DNA of 64,000 nt from Nemertoderma westbladi (taxonomy: Eukaryota > Animalia > Xenacoelomorpha), in assembly GCA_032718475.1 (NCBI GenBank), contig JAUCBJ010008313.1, positions 124,001 through 188,000 of the forward strand. The letters are read 5' to 3'. Within the stretch, counting starts at the first letter, position 1. Each line of letters begins with the position of its first letter. The notes beneath the pieces are model-generated. The model had not been told where the DNA came from. It did not search any database and saw only the letters and a program-made list of their open reading frames with translations. The position numbers and the translations under genes are program-made. Positions 1-11,492 of the stretch are shown in pieces.

Positions 1-302
1 GAGAAGTCGATATCATCCAGAAATTTATATTGTTCGACCTCGATGATGGTTGGCCGTCTGGCATTGATGTTTATTGACTCTATCACTTGGATGGGGTCGA
101 TGCTCGCCCCATAGTCGCATCCTGGTGCTATTGCTGCGATGGCGCACCGTCCGGTTCTCATCTCCAGGACCTCATCTTTGCTGGAGATGGTTGTTACCGT
201 CATTCTACTCGGCCTCGTTCTCAATCCTATCTCTTCGGCCACCCAATCCTCGATTAATGTGAAGGCAGCTCCACTATCAACCAGCATCAGTGTGGTTACT
301 GA
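1..302 (-). pseudogene. pro: BEL/Pao aspartic protease region
   Basis: Reads ...VVPVRVIGEGN*SVTTLMLVDSGAAFTLI... in the gag frame; LVDSGA catalytic motif after one in-frame stop. Confidence 0.8.
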
Positions 303-1634
303 TCAATTGCCTTCTCCAATTACTCGCACTGGTACTACCCCAAGTAGCACCGTTCCTCTCTTCTTCACCCCTACCGTGCTCGTTACCATCGTTTGGCCTT
401 TCCTTTGACCGAACTTGACCGGCGTCTCCTTGCATTGCCTAGCTCTATGTCCACTCATCACACATCGCGAGCAGATCTCATTTCTCGCCGCATATTCTAC
501 CTGATCTTCCCTGGGTAGTGCTTGCCAGTACCTGCAGTTCATGGTTTGATGAAGCGCATTTGTATGTAGCTGGCATTTGCTCTTTGGGTTGTAGCCCTCC
601 TTATGCAGTGCATTGCGTATCGCAGTTGCATTTGCACCAAAGTCCCTACTATTCTTGTTGTTTGGGTTCGGCCTACTGGGCGTACTAGGGTTATATTTAT
701 TTGTGTTGTTATTATTCCCCTGTCCGTTCCATGGTGTGGTCTTACCTTCGGCTACCTGTGGACTTGCAGTCCCCTGCGTCGCTGCATATGGCAATGATTG
801 CCTGAGCTTTGGTAATGCGTTTGACGTGTTGTGTTCTGGTTTCGGTCTATGGTAATCGGTTCTTGGTCCTTTTCCCAGGCTGTCCTCACTATAGACTGGG
901 TCGGTTATTAGTTCAGCTTCGTAGTTTAAGAAGCTTGACATTTCTTCTAAACCTGGTTCCGCACCCTTCCTATCTCGAGTGGAGAAAGCGATTTTCCTCC
1001 ACTTGTTGCGCAGCCACATCAGTAGTGCCTGCGCTATCGTGGTGATGTTGTTGGACGCGTTGAGTTCGTATGGCGCGTCTAGCGTCTTTAACACGATTAG
1101 CGCCTTCTCGACCTTGTTCGCGAATGTCTTAATGCTAACGGGACTATCCTGTAGGCCACCCGATGTTATGCCTCTCAGGGTTTGCCAGATGATCTTGGCT
1201 GGGTGCACATATTCCCTGTCCAATGCCCGCCATGCCGTCGTGAAGCCACCCTCTATACCCTGGTATTGCCTCACGATGTCGTATGCTGGGCCTCCTGTGT
1301 ATACTTGGAGATATTTTAGGCACTCCGCCTGCGTCAAGTTCTTTGTTAGTATTTCGTTACTATACATGCGCCGAAACTGTAGATATTCTTCTGGCCTACT
1401 CCCATCGAATTTAAATGTTTCCACGGGTGGTAGCTCGATCCTTGTCTTTAGCGCATCGATTAACGTGGCCATTCCCATCGCCTGCACTTCCAATGGGTTC
1501 GATGGATGTTGTATAGTTTCTCCTGTTAGGTGCGGTCCGTCCGTCCTATTTCCTGTCTTCCTCTGGCTTAGGTATATCATTGGGGGTAGCGGCCCCCTCC
1601 ATATTTCTGTGTCGCATGACCTATTTCCATCCAA
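303..1634 (-). CDS. gag: BEL/Pao Gag core (DUF1759-type capsid plus zinc knuckle)
   Basis: ELPPVETFKFDGS..EYLQF, LKYLQVYTGG, WLRNKWRK, CQLH..H...C and CSRCVMSGHRARQC motifs. Confidence 0.9.
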   Translation of the reverse strand: MDGNRSCDTEIWRGPLPPMIYLSQRKTGNRTDGPHLTGETIQHPSNPLEVQAMGMATLIDALKTRIELPPVETFKFDGSRPEEYLQFRRMYSNEILTKNLTQAECLKYLQVYTGGPAYDIVRQYQGIEGGFTTAWRALDREYVHPAKIIWQTLRGITSGGLQDSPVSIKTFANKVEKALIVLKTLDAPYELNASNNITTIAQALLMWLRNKWRKIAFSTRDRKGAEPGLEEMSSFLNYEAELITDPVYSEDSLGKGPRTDYHRPKPEHNTSNALPKLRQSLPYAATQGTASPQVAEGKTTPWNGQGNNNNTNKYNPSTPSRPNPNNKNSRDFGANATAIRNALHKEGYNPKSKCQLHTNALHQTMNCRYWQALPREDQVEYAARNEICSRCVMSGHRARQCKETPVKFGQRKGQTMVTSTVGVKKRGTVLLGVVPVRVIGEGN

Positions 1635-4025
1635 GGGGTTCGTTGTTCTTGCTCCTATTGGGGTATATTGTTGATATTGTGATGGGGGAATGTCACCCTG
1701 TCCCCCCCCCCCCCCCCCCCACCGGTATGTTTGGTACTGGGGTTGATGTTAATATATTGGGGCCCATGCACCTATCCGCAATAATTCCCCTCTCCCCTGG
1801 GTATATGTTATGTCCCTGCATGCTGTAGCCATACTGCTGTGCTGGTACCGGTATAGGCCTATCATCTTCTGGCCTACCTGCCGGTATGTACTCCGCGACT
1901 TCCGGGTTTAATTCCGTCGTCCGCGCTATCCTATCGCCTACATTATTCCTGTCAGCATGGCCTATGGTATGTGCAGTAAGGCCTACAGTATGTCCTACAG
2001 TCTGTATGTGTCGCTCGGGATCGAAGTTTATCCTTCTTGAATAATCCTCCCCGCGGCTACCGTATTCTTGACCAGTAGGTGTATCCCGTCAGAAAGTTTC
2101 TCTTCGACCCCCTCTACTGCTCTCGTCTTCGTACCGGTACATCGTGTACCCCTCTCTCGATGCGTAACGCGTCTCATCAGGTCGCGTCTCTCCGGGACGA
2201 CGGCAATCTCCCGAAGTTCGACCACACCGACACTCTCTTTCCATCTCGACTCCCGACGGCTCGCTGTCCGTCCTCGCTCTCCTATCGTTCGCGGCGACTC
2301 TTCTTCTATTCTCTTCCCTTCTTTTCTTCGTAGTGCAGTATTCCCGCTCGTGAGATCTCTCGTCGACCTCCCGGTTAAACTCCACTGTTCTTCTTCCCTC
2401 TTCCGATCGGGCTCGACGCTCCGTCCGCCCTCTCGCGACGTCAACCTGCCTCTCTCTGTTCGATCGCACGCTGCTGGGGAAACTCGCAATCCCCCTATCA
2501 CTCTCCGTCGCCGGGTGTTGCGGTTTACCTATCTCGGCCCACGCATTATCCGTTGACGCTTCTGGGGCACCCTCTGCCCCCCCCCCCCCCTTTCGCCGCT
2601 AACTCGCTGTTGTGGGGCTCCTGTAGCCCCCCCCCCCCACTCGCCACATCTAACCTCGCTATCTCTCACCCCGCTGCTATATCCCCCTCTAGTCGACACA
2701 TCAACCCTATTGCGGCTGGGTCTATTCACCCCTGCCTCTCCCTCTGCTACTGTGTGGCCTACCAGGCCCTCTACTTCCTGCCTACTAACTACGTGGCCTA
2801 CCAGGCCCACTTCGGGTTGACTCAACCCCGTCGCTTCCTGCCTACTAACTACGTGGCCTACCAGGCCCACCTCGGGTTGACTCAACCCCGCCACCTCTGG
2901 CTCGTTAACTACGCGGTCCATCAGGCTGGCCTCCGGGCCAACACACGCCCGTCGCGTTCACATCAATAGCACCACAGGCACCGTTATTGGTTAAATCAAT
3001 TAAATCCTCCACCCCAGTTAAATTACTTTGTACACCCAAGTTAGAAACGGAATTATTTTGTTCGTTCAAAATAAAGTTGTTCGGATTATTTTGCGCAATT
3101 GCGTTTCTTGAATTATTTTGTAAATTCGAATTCAGATTATTATTTAGATTATTTGAATTATTTTGCGTAACTACATTAATATTAGAATTATTTCCTACAT
3201 TAATATCAGAATCATTCGGATTTAAATTTAAATTACTACTACTAGGTAAGGTATTTCCTGCAATAAAGGTTTGGTTAGGATTATCCAATACGGTACTATT
3301 AATATTAATGACATCTACTATAGCATTATTATTACCCCCCCCCCCCCCCCCCGCCCGTACGGTCACACCAGTTTCGTGTCTCTCGCCCGGTGTCTGTAAG
3401 TGGGGTCTCACTCTCTGATAATTCCAACTGCGCCAGTTCTAGTCGGCGCCACTCCAGTTTGGCTTGATATTGCGTAAGCCTCTCTAGCTGGGCACGCAAA
3501 TCATCCCACACGCGCTTACTCTCTATCTCTCTCTCTCGTATACCTTGCTCGGCCAACTCTGCCACTCTCGCAACCATCCCAAGCCGCCTCGCCTGCTCGC
3601 TCTCCACTCCCATCCCCCGCTCTCTACACTCCTCGGCTCCCTCTCTACACTCCTCGGCTTCCTCTATACTCCCTCGCCAACTCTCCTAACTTCTCTGAAA
3701 ATGCGGTTTCCTCTCTCAATTGTCTCTCTAACTCATTCTGCTCATTCGCCACCATTTCTAATTTATACGCCAGATTTATCTCCCGCACCCTTCTTTCTTC
3801 TCTTCTTTCTTCTTCCCTTCCTTCTTCTTTCCGCGTCGACTCGTCTTTCTCCTTTTCGACTCCCGACTCGTCCTCTCCTTGTAGACGGCCCCCTTTATCT
3901 TGGATCGCCGGATCGTTCGTCGACGGATCCGGCATCGTGGGTTGATACCGTCTCGCCGTGGCCTCGCGGATCGTTAGATCGTCGTCTGGGGTCCGCGGCG
4001 GTGTCGCTTCTCTTTCTTGACTCAT
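1635..4025 (-). pseudogene. Fragmented low-complexity N-terminal part of gag (coiled-coil, Asn-rich, Arg/Glu-rich)
   Basis: Successive minus-strand ORFs 3645-4025, 3332-3613, 2905-3411, 2529-2921 and 2089-2469 between LTR and gag core; several breaks fall at poly-C tracts. Confidence 0.6.
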
Positions 4026-4078
4026 CTTCAGTGTTTCCGTGGCTATCAGCTACAGTTCGGCAGGCCTAAAATTTAGAC

Positions 4079-4639
4079 TGTGACGGGATCCGAGAGGATC
4101 CCGGTTTATCCGGTGTTGCTTATGTACGCGTCAAGGGCCGCACCGTTCGGTGGAAAAGATATAGGAGTTTTGCTTGTTCCGACGTTCTCTAATAATATAG
4201 GATAGATAAATATCTGATAGCACGAAATGAGATAACTGATGTACCGGTAGAATGTACTGAGTAAACTGGTGTGGCGATGACGGTCTAAATTGTCACCGTA
4301 CTACCGTGACTGTAGTGACAGACTGAGATAACTGAACAAATGATCACTGTACAGATAATATATACTGCACGGGTTGGCCTCATTGCATTACCCAGTCGGT
4401 GCCTTCCCCCCATTGGCTAATATCCCTGTTTGACACCCTTTGCCCCCCTCTGAAGTGCTTCCCTTTGCCCTTGCTATTCTCTCTCTGTCAGGGGAGTAAC
4501 CCCTGACCCCTATTGTGCGTATGTTTCTCCTTCCCACTTTGTTGGGGTGACACGAGTGGTTGATTACCCAACCTCGTGGCCCCCAATATTGCTTAACGGC
4601 TTACTTTGTGGGGTGTTAGCGGAATTGAATACGCTAACA
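4079..4639 (-). repeat. 5' LTR of BEL/Pao B (561 bp)
   Basis: Minus strand TGTTAGCG...CCCGTCACA; homologous to the solo LTR at 20617-21151. Confidence 0.9.
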
Positions 4640-4847
4640 GAAAATATCATTGATTCTTGACTTTTCCCTCTATATTATAAATATTTTATGATTATTTTTA
4701 AAATTTTGATCTTTTTAATTATGAAAAAAATCAAATTTTAAATAATCGAAAATTGTAGTAGTATTTGTATATACAGTATATCGGATTTGTTTGTTTGTTT
4801 GTTGTGTATTGAGGTAATTATTTTCAATTTACTTTAAAATTTGGAAA

Positions 4848-5222
4848 ATGGATATTTTAAACGAAAAATGTCCAGTTTGCTATTCTAAGTTATTGCAACA
4901 TCGAGATTATTATAAATGTGAAAATAAACATGCAACTTGTGTGCGATGTATTGTACAATATTCCGAAATGAATAATTATTGTTCTAAAATTTGTCCTATT
5001 TGTCGTGCGCCCATATCTAAGTTAAATATAAAGTTGGCGAGATACAACCCCTATTATTGGAAAGAGCTACGAAATATAACTTATATTTCCGCGGAAAGTA
5101 ATGATCCAGGAGATTTATTTACAATATTGGAGAATATTTTTTATAGAAATGTAGTACGACGGAGTTGCTACTATGATGTTCCTTATTTTTACAACAGCGA
5201 ACATAAAAAATCATTAGCGTGA
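4848..5222 (+). CDS. RING-finger (C3HC4-type) protein, putative E3 ligase
   Basis: CPVC...CENKHATCVRC...CPICR spacing. Confidence 0.75.
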   Translation: MDILNEKCPVCYSKLLQHRDYYKCENKHATCVRCIVQYSEMNNYCSKICPICRAPISKLNIKLARYNPYYWKELRNITYISAESNDPGDLFTILENIFYRNVVRRSCYYDVPYFYNSEHKKSLA

Positions 5223-5513
5223 AATTCCCGGGAAGTGATTTCCAAACCGCTGATGTTACCTATCATTATTTCGCGTATAAAGATGCTTACCATGCTTGAA
5301 ATTACATTGAAAATGAGTCTATATTATAATTGGAAATAGCACCTTTTGTTGCAGCGAGCGTCACATACTGTAGTTGTGTCATATGTTAATTAAATATACA
5401 GCACTCTAATACTGTAGTTGCATCAATTATTGTTATATACATAGTAATGGTGATGGTTTATTGATATTTATATTATATTATATTGTATTGTTGATATATC
5501 TTAATAATAATAA

Positions 5514-6185
5514 ATGGCTGACTTTAATTCAGGTCCATATAATTTAAACTTTCAAATGGGAACGAGTATGATAATTTCTGGCCCATCTGGTTCCGGAAAG
5601 TCAACATTTTGTTAGCAATTTAATTAAACACAAGAATGGTTGTTTCAACGAAGCGAGTATTGTATTGTTACGGGAGCAATCCCCCAACTATTCCTGGTAT
5701 TACTCACCTTTACAAAGGTTTGCCAGAAAATATAGATAGTTTAGTGAATAGTCGAGATTTATTAATTATAGATGATTTATTAACAGAAACTGAGTCCAGT
5801 ACAGCTTTAACTGTATTGTTTACTAAGGTAGCTCATCATTCCAATATATTTATTTGTTTTATAACGCAAAATGTTTTATGGTGGGAAGCATAACCGCACA
5901 AGATCAATTAATAGCCATACATTAGTATTAATGAAAAATCCGCGAGACAGTTTATCGGTTTTAAATTTCGCGAAGCAGATGTTACCAGGGCAGACCAAAT
6001 TTTTAGTAGATTCCTATCAAGATGCAACTATTGAACCATTTTCTCATTTCTTAATTGATTTACGACAGGAAACACCCGAACATTTAAGATTTAGATCGGA
6101 TATATTTCGTAATCATAATTGTTACATTAAAAATTACATTGACTATAAACGTAGCGAAAATAATAATAATAATAATAATAATTAA
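5514..6185 (+). pseudogene. Polinton A32/FtsK-like DNA packaging ATPase
   Basis: ATG 5514; Walker A GPSGSGKST, Walker B LLIIDDL, HHSNIFICFITQN, RSINSHTLVLMKNPRD; stop and frameshifts. Confidence 0.92.
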
Positions 6186-6218
6186 TATTTTGTAACAATT
6201 TTCAATAATGTTGCAACA

Positions 6219-6602
6219 ATGAATAGACTTGTGCAGAAATATCGTAACGAATTGGAAATTCTACGCAGCGCTACCCCTCAACAAAGAACTTATTTTATTA
6301 ACCATACCGCGAGTAACAAATTAATACGACTCCTTGTAAATACCGCATTAAATGTTCTAAAAGGTAACGTACAATTGACCCCTCATTCATTTAGAAATAT
6401 TCGTCATTATAAAAAGGTATTAAAATCACTCAACCACAAAACAAAAAATATATCAAGTTACAGAAAAAAGTTAACCAATCAATCTAGAGGCATACTACCG
6501 TTTCTAATACCCTTACTCGGCATTGGTGCGAAACTCGCCGCGAGTGCTGGTGCCGCCGCCGCTGGAGCGGCTATTGCGAAAAAAATTAACCGCGGACGGT
6601 AA
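6219..6602 (+). CDS. Conserved Polinton small basic protein with C-terminal amphipathic tail
   Basis: ALNVLKGNVQLT...KKVLKSL...QSRGILPFLIPLLG pattern and position after the ATPase. Confidence 0.75.
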   Translation: MNRLVQKYRNELEILRSATPQQRTYFINHTASNKLIRLLVNTALNVLKGNVQLTPHSFRNIRHYKKVLKSLNHKTKNISSYRKKLTNQSRGILPFLIPLLGIGAKLAASAGAAAAGAAIAKKINRGR

Positions 6603-6823
6603 TAATGGTTAAAATGGGAGTAACATTTAGAAAATTATATTTAGTATCGAGTAAACCGTTAGCTACTGATTTAAAACCTCAAGATATACCTAGAGTAAAT
6701 ACTACAAAAAGAAAACCCTTTAAAACATCAACTTCGAAGAAAATAAAAAAATTTCAGCTGATTTTACGGTGATGCCCTTTATAAGAGATTTGAATATACA
6801 TATTACTTGCGGTTGTCGAAAAG

Positions 6824-7465
6824 ATGCCACGCAAGATGAGACCGATTTTAAACCGAAGCTTAGACAAAAAACTGTTAAGAATTTATTTAGATCCTTCATC
6901 GCCTGCGGGTTTTGCAAGTATCGCAAATTTAGCAAAAGCCGCAAACATCAAACCAGCTCAAGCCCAGAAATGGTTGAGCGGGCAAAAGACATACTCCCTT
7001 CAACAATTAGCCTATTATTTTGGAATTACTGAAAATAATCTCGGTGTGAATTTAAATCCAAATTTTAAAATTATTTTGAAGACGAAAAATAACATAAAGG
7101 GTTATTTAATAAAGATTATGGGAAATGAAGAAAAAGCTTACCAGATGGTATTTTTATGTCCTCAACCACCCAATTCTATTCCAGAACCTAAGTCGAACAT
7201 GTACGTGACTACTAATATAATTGAAAATGAATATATTAATGATTTTGGTTTAGCTTTACTTTGTCGCGTGGCGATACCTGATGACGTGAAATATGGTAGT
7301 GTAATAAATAAAGAATTTGCCAAGGATACAATTCATTATATCCCTGTAAAAAAATCATATAAGATAACATACATTCATATTGAAATAACAGACAAAGAAG
7401 GAAAAGATTTGAATTTTGAATACGGCACAACTTCTATTACCTTACACTTTAAAAAAATAAATTAA
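6824..7465 (+). pseudogene. In-frame chimera: Polinton integrase N-terminus fused to penton (minor capsid) C-terminus
   Basis: IYLDPSSPAGFASIANL...KWLSGQKTYSL (integrase start), then LAYYFG...MYVTTNII...YIPV...IHIEITDKEGKDLNFEYGTTSITLHFK (penton end); no DDE core. Confidence 0.8.
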
Positions 7466-7466
7466 A

Positions 7467-7871
7467 ATGGATTCCGATTTATTTCAAAGATACAGTAAAT
7501 CTCAATATGGTGGTGCAGACTCTAATCTTGCTGTTTTTAAAGGTGGTAGAAGTACGAGAGGCTCGACGCAAGTTCCTGTTTTTCGAGGTGGTTCATATAT
7601 TGACCCTTACGGTCAACAAATTGGTGCATTTGGTCCAAATTTAAAACAACGTCGATTTCAACGTTATCGTAGAGGTATGCGGGCAAATCAACACGGGGAA
7701 GGTATATTTACAGACGCTTTATCTACATTGAAAAAATTTGGAAAGCCATTAGCAAAAAAAGTTTTACAAAAAGCTTTACCATTTACCACAAAATTTATGA
7801 GACAACATGTAATACCAAAAGGTAAGCGGGTCTTACATCAGCAGGCTAATAATTTATTAATAAAGCATTAA
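7467..7871 (+). CDS. Polinton virion core / membrane-lytic-type protein
   Basis: YSKSQYGG...VFRGG...QHGEGIF followed by a basic amphipathic helix; lies between penton and major capsid. Confidence 0.7.
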   Translation: MDSDLFQRYSKSQYGGADSNLAVFKGGRSTRGSTQVPVFRGGSYIDPYGQQIGAFGPNLKQRRFQRYRRGMRANQHGEGIFTDALSTLKKFGKPLAKKVLQKALPFTTKFMRQHVIPKGKRVLHQQANNLLIKH

Positions 7872-8028
7872 ATAAAATGAAACCATCAACAAGATCGGTT
7901 GTAGAAAAAGTTTATAGAGATTTAAAGCGACCAACTAAACCAATGTCTATGAACATATATCATCGTCGTAGTAAAAATAGAAAAATAAAAGGCAAACTGA
8001 AACACTGCGAAAAAAGTATTTTTTAATA

Positions 8029-9414
8029 ATATCAATTATTAAGGAATTAGATTTATTTTCTACACAGCCAATACAGACTGAATTTAAAGCAAAGCATTAT
8101 GAAACAATTTACCCGGTATCTAATCTCAGAAGCGAATCTAGGGAAGTCACGTTTCTTGTACCAAGATCCAATGAATTCTATACGAAACTGCAAGATGCGT
8201 TATTAATTACAAAATGTACTGTACAGTGGGATAGACGACTTGAAAACTCGCATATTTATATGTTGAATTACCCTTCTGGGACTATGTGGAGTGGTATTAA
8301 AATAGACCTTAATGAGAAGCAGGTTGAAAATAGCAATAACCATTATTTCTACAAGTCGTACTTATCCAATTTACTATTTACAACATACGAATCTAAAAAT
8401 GGGCTACTGGGGGCAGGCGGCTTTCGTCAGCCTTTATCCGAACACGGAAATGAAATTAATCCCGGCGCGCATCCTATTGGCGATGCCTTTAGTAAACAAA
8501 TGTAATTTGTAAGTGGATTGACGATTGATTTTGATACTGAAAGTAAAATAATACAACCTGGGTATGATTTAAGAATGCATTTTAGAAAAGTATCAAATTC
8601 GTTTATTTTTAAAATCACTCCAAACGCAAATGCTGTGACAAATCTTCGGCTAGAATTAGATGAAGTAAAGATCCTAATCCCTAGAATGGAGGTTAATCCA
8701 GTAATAGAAAGCAGTCACCTAAAAGGTTTAGAGAGTTACGATATTGAATATCAATTTCAAAAAAAGAAAAAGAAGTTACTACATTTACTATTCCCGTTCA
8801 AACCACAAATTACACCCAAACAAACATATTTGATGGTAAAAAACCCAAATTAGTTATTATCGGTTTTATAACAAATAATGCATATTCGGGAGAATTAACT
8901 AATAATCGAAACGTTTGCTTTTTTGGTAATATTATACTATGAAATTCAGGACACTAGCGCTGGTTTTTCTTTTCATTATTTATCTTCGCTTTCCCGCCTC
9001 GAAATCTACTAAGAATTAACTAGTAATCCCTTGAAATTTGAACATTTTAACCTTAGACGAGCTGAACTGATTGTAGACGGTCTTCCAGTAGGTGTTGTAA
9101 TATATGAGCCTAATTTTACAGATGGAACATACATTTTTGAGTATACACAATTAATGAAGAACATTAATACATATATTAACGGTTATGGAGGTAATAATAT
9201 AGACCATGAAACCTACTTAGGTAATTGCCCACTCATATCCTGGGACCAAACTGCCGACGGCTATGCTAGAGATCCTCAGCCATCGATATAAACTAACGGA
9301 CAATTAAAATTAAGATTTGCCGAACCATTGTTTGAGACCATAAATGTAATCGTTTTTAATATTTATGATCAATCATTAAGTTTAAATAGCAGGAAGGAAA
9401 TACATATCAATTAA
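8029..9414 (+). pseudogene. Polinton major capsid protein (double jelly-roll)
   Basis: ELDLFSTQPIQT...IYPVSNL, NNHYFYKSYLSNLL, AYSGELTNNPLKFEHFNL, LKLRFAEPL; stops, frameshift and a 104-bp insert; start codon not intact. Confidence 0.9.
8908..9011. mobile_element. 104-bp retroposition-type insert in the capsid gene
   Basis: Flanked by 17-bp direct repeat AGAATTAACTARTAATC (8891-8907, 9012-9028); removal restores ELTNNPLKFEH. Confidence 0.8.
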
Positions 9415-9416
9415 GT

Positions 9417-9869
9417 ATGTTATCTACAGAGGACCTTGATATGTTTCCAGTGGGTGGTCACTATTTGGGCACGTTTCCATCTAATAAATTACCTAAATTA
9501 GATTATAATAAGCGAAGAGACTATGGGTTAATAGTAAATACCGATAAAGAGCATCTGCCAGGTGTTCATTGGGTGGCTATATATATACGAGATAATGAAG
9601 CTGAATTATTTAATTAGTTTGGACCAAAATATCCAAACAGATGTATTGAAAAATGGCTTGAGAAAAATTCAGCAAGGTGGTGTACTACTCGCAAACAATT
9701 TCAAGACCCTAGAAGGACCACATGCGGGTTATACTGTCTTTATTACTTGGTAAATCGAATTCACACAAACTATCCAATGAGAGTGTTTACAAATAATGTG
9801 GAAATAAATGAAATAATATTATATAAATGGCTTGTTAATTATTATAAAATAAACCAACAAACGTTGTAA
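9417..9869 (+). pseudogene. Adenain-type cysteine maturation protease
   Basis: IVNTD...GVHWVAIY...FN*FG...QFQDPRRTTCGLYCLYYL; one internal stop. Confidence 0.92.
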
Positions 9870-9900
9870 TTAATCATTTAACTTTTGTTTATCAGATAAA

Positions 9901-11492
9901 ATGGATAATATTATTTTTGTCGATTTTCAATATTATAAGATAGACAATAAGGAATATCCGGTAGTATTTAAAGAATTTGCTATATTCGATTCTAATTACA
10001 CCAAAACTAATGTAAAGACGTTTTTAATTAAAGGTCCTCCTGATATTAAGTTATCAGCATTAGATAAAGCCCACGTAAACAATTTACGGGACATGACTTC
10101 ACATTTACCTTGGGATTACGGTGACATTTCGCAAGATGACTTTAAAAAGTACATGCTACTACTACTATGATCGGCATGCTGCATTGCAGCTGCATTTTTA
10201 AGAATGCTGTGCCGGCTTGTCAACAAAATTGCACCACCACAACTCCCTATCACCCATGACATTTGCTAGATCATCCGCATCTTTAAGGCCAGTGTCCTTT
10301 AAGATGCGTCTCAAGAAAGTCATGAGCTGTCCACCATGCTTATTCACTCCATGAGGCTGCCAAAGTACAAGATTATGCACTGGCTGGTCCTCACGGCGAA
10401 AGCAATGTCCTGCAAAGCGGAGGCGATTTTGTTCTAGTGTCAAGCTTGGGAGAACCAATGAGACACCTCCAATGTTATATAGTGTCTGGTTGGAGATGTG
10501 TGCATTGTACTTGACACAATGAACCCGGCGTAGCATTCTTGTGAATGTGCCATCCAGAGATTTGGTGTCCTCAGCAGTTAGAGCCCAGCATGGACTCCCG
10601 TAGAGGAGTACTGGAACTACTGCTGCTCTAAATAATCGGACCTTAAGTTTCCGATTAATTCTCGGTGACTTCCAAATCCTGGAAAGCCTATTCAAGGCTG
10701 CCCATGCCTTTCCCTTACGTATTCGAAGGTCCTCACCTGACTTCCGGATCCATGATCCCAGGTAACAGAAGTCGTCCACATGCTCAAGCATACCATGCTT
10801 TGAGCTTATGCTCATCCGATCAGAGACTTGCTGAGGACTTTCAAAGTTAACTGTCAGAATTTTGGTCTTTCTGGAGTTAATAAAAAGACCAACACTAGAA
10901 GCAGCATGTTCTAATGAGCTGAGGAGCCGTTGGGCTCCCTCTAATGATTCTGATAGTACTCCTAAGTCATCAGCAAAGTCTAGATCAGTTAGGTACTTGG
11001 CAGGATTTCCTCGACTTCTGGAGCCAGTAGGTGGAGTTATCATCACCCCATCATCATTATAATGATCTAAGGACATGCGTAGAACATAGTCAACCACAAT
11101 AATGAACAAGAATGGTGCAAGTGTGTCTCCTTAAAAAGTACATGAAGAGACATTTAAAATATAAAAAAAATATATATGTATTCGGGTTGATGAAGCTGGC
11201 AATATTAATTTCCGAACTTGATGTACTTGCTCCAAAATCAATGGAGAAATTGGAAATATATCAACGGTATTACAACTATTTAACCCCTTGCCCCTTCCAC
11301 GATCAATTTATTACTACAGTAGAAAATAAATGCGCTTACCACTTAAACACAAAGGATAACTGTCTGCGGTACTGCTCCGCAAAACGAGTCGGCGGGTTTG
11401 AATTGAAACGATTATTCGTGAGAAAGCGATTAACTGAGACTGATGATAAACAGAAAGAAATAACTGCGGTGGAAGATGTACTCGTACAGTAG
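9901..11492 (+). pseudogene. Polinton accessory gene, DEDD-exonuclease-like with Cys/His C-terminus, split by an RTE
   Basis: IFVDFQ...VFKEFAI...HLPWDYG...IYVFG..K...CAYH...CS; removing the RTE joins 9901-10155 to 11145-11492 in frame (DFKKYM|KRHLK). Confidence 0.7.
10156..11130 (-). mobile_element. 5'-truncated RTE-clade LINE (copy 1)
   Basis: RT C-terminal half (DLDFADD, FCYLGS, LLYG, RLRFAGH); (TAG)n tail; 14-bp TSD TTAAAAAGTACATG (10142-10155, 11131-11144). Confidence 0.95.

Larger units (their letters stand above)
1..4639 (-). mobile_element. BEL/Pao LTR retrotransposon B, 5' half (LTR, degraded gag, protease; continues past left edge), abutting Polinton sequence
   Basis: TG...CA LTR at 4079-4639 followed on the minus strand by gag and aspartic protease motifs. 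Confidence 0.9.

Noticed and set aside
979-1674. Long antisense ORFs over gag/pol (also 25273-25851, 31224-32084, 52210-52857)
   Set aside because: Shadow frames of genuine coding strands, with no motifs
4045-4078. Primer-binding site for element B (TTTAGGCCTGCCGAAC on the minus strand)
   Set aside because: Lacks the TGG start and cannot be matched confidently to a tRNA 3' end
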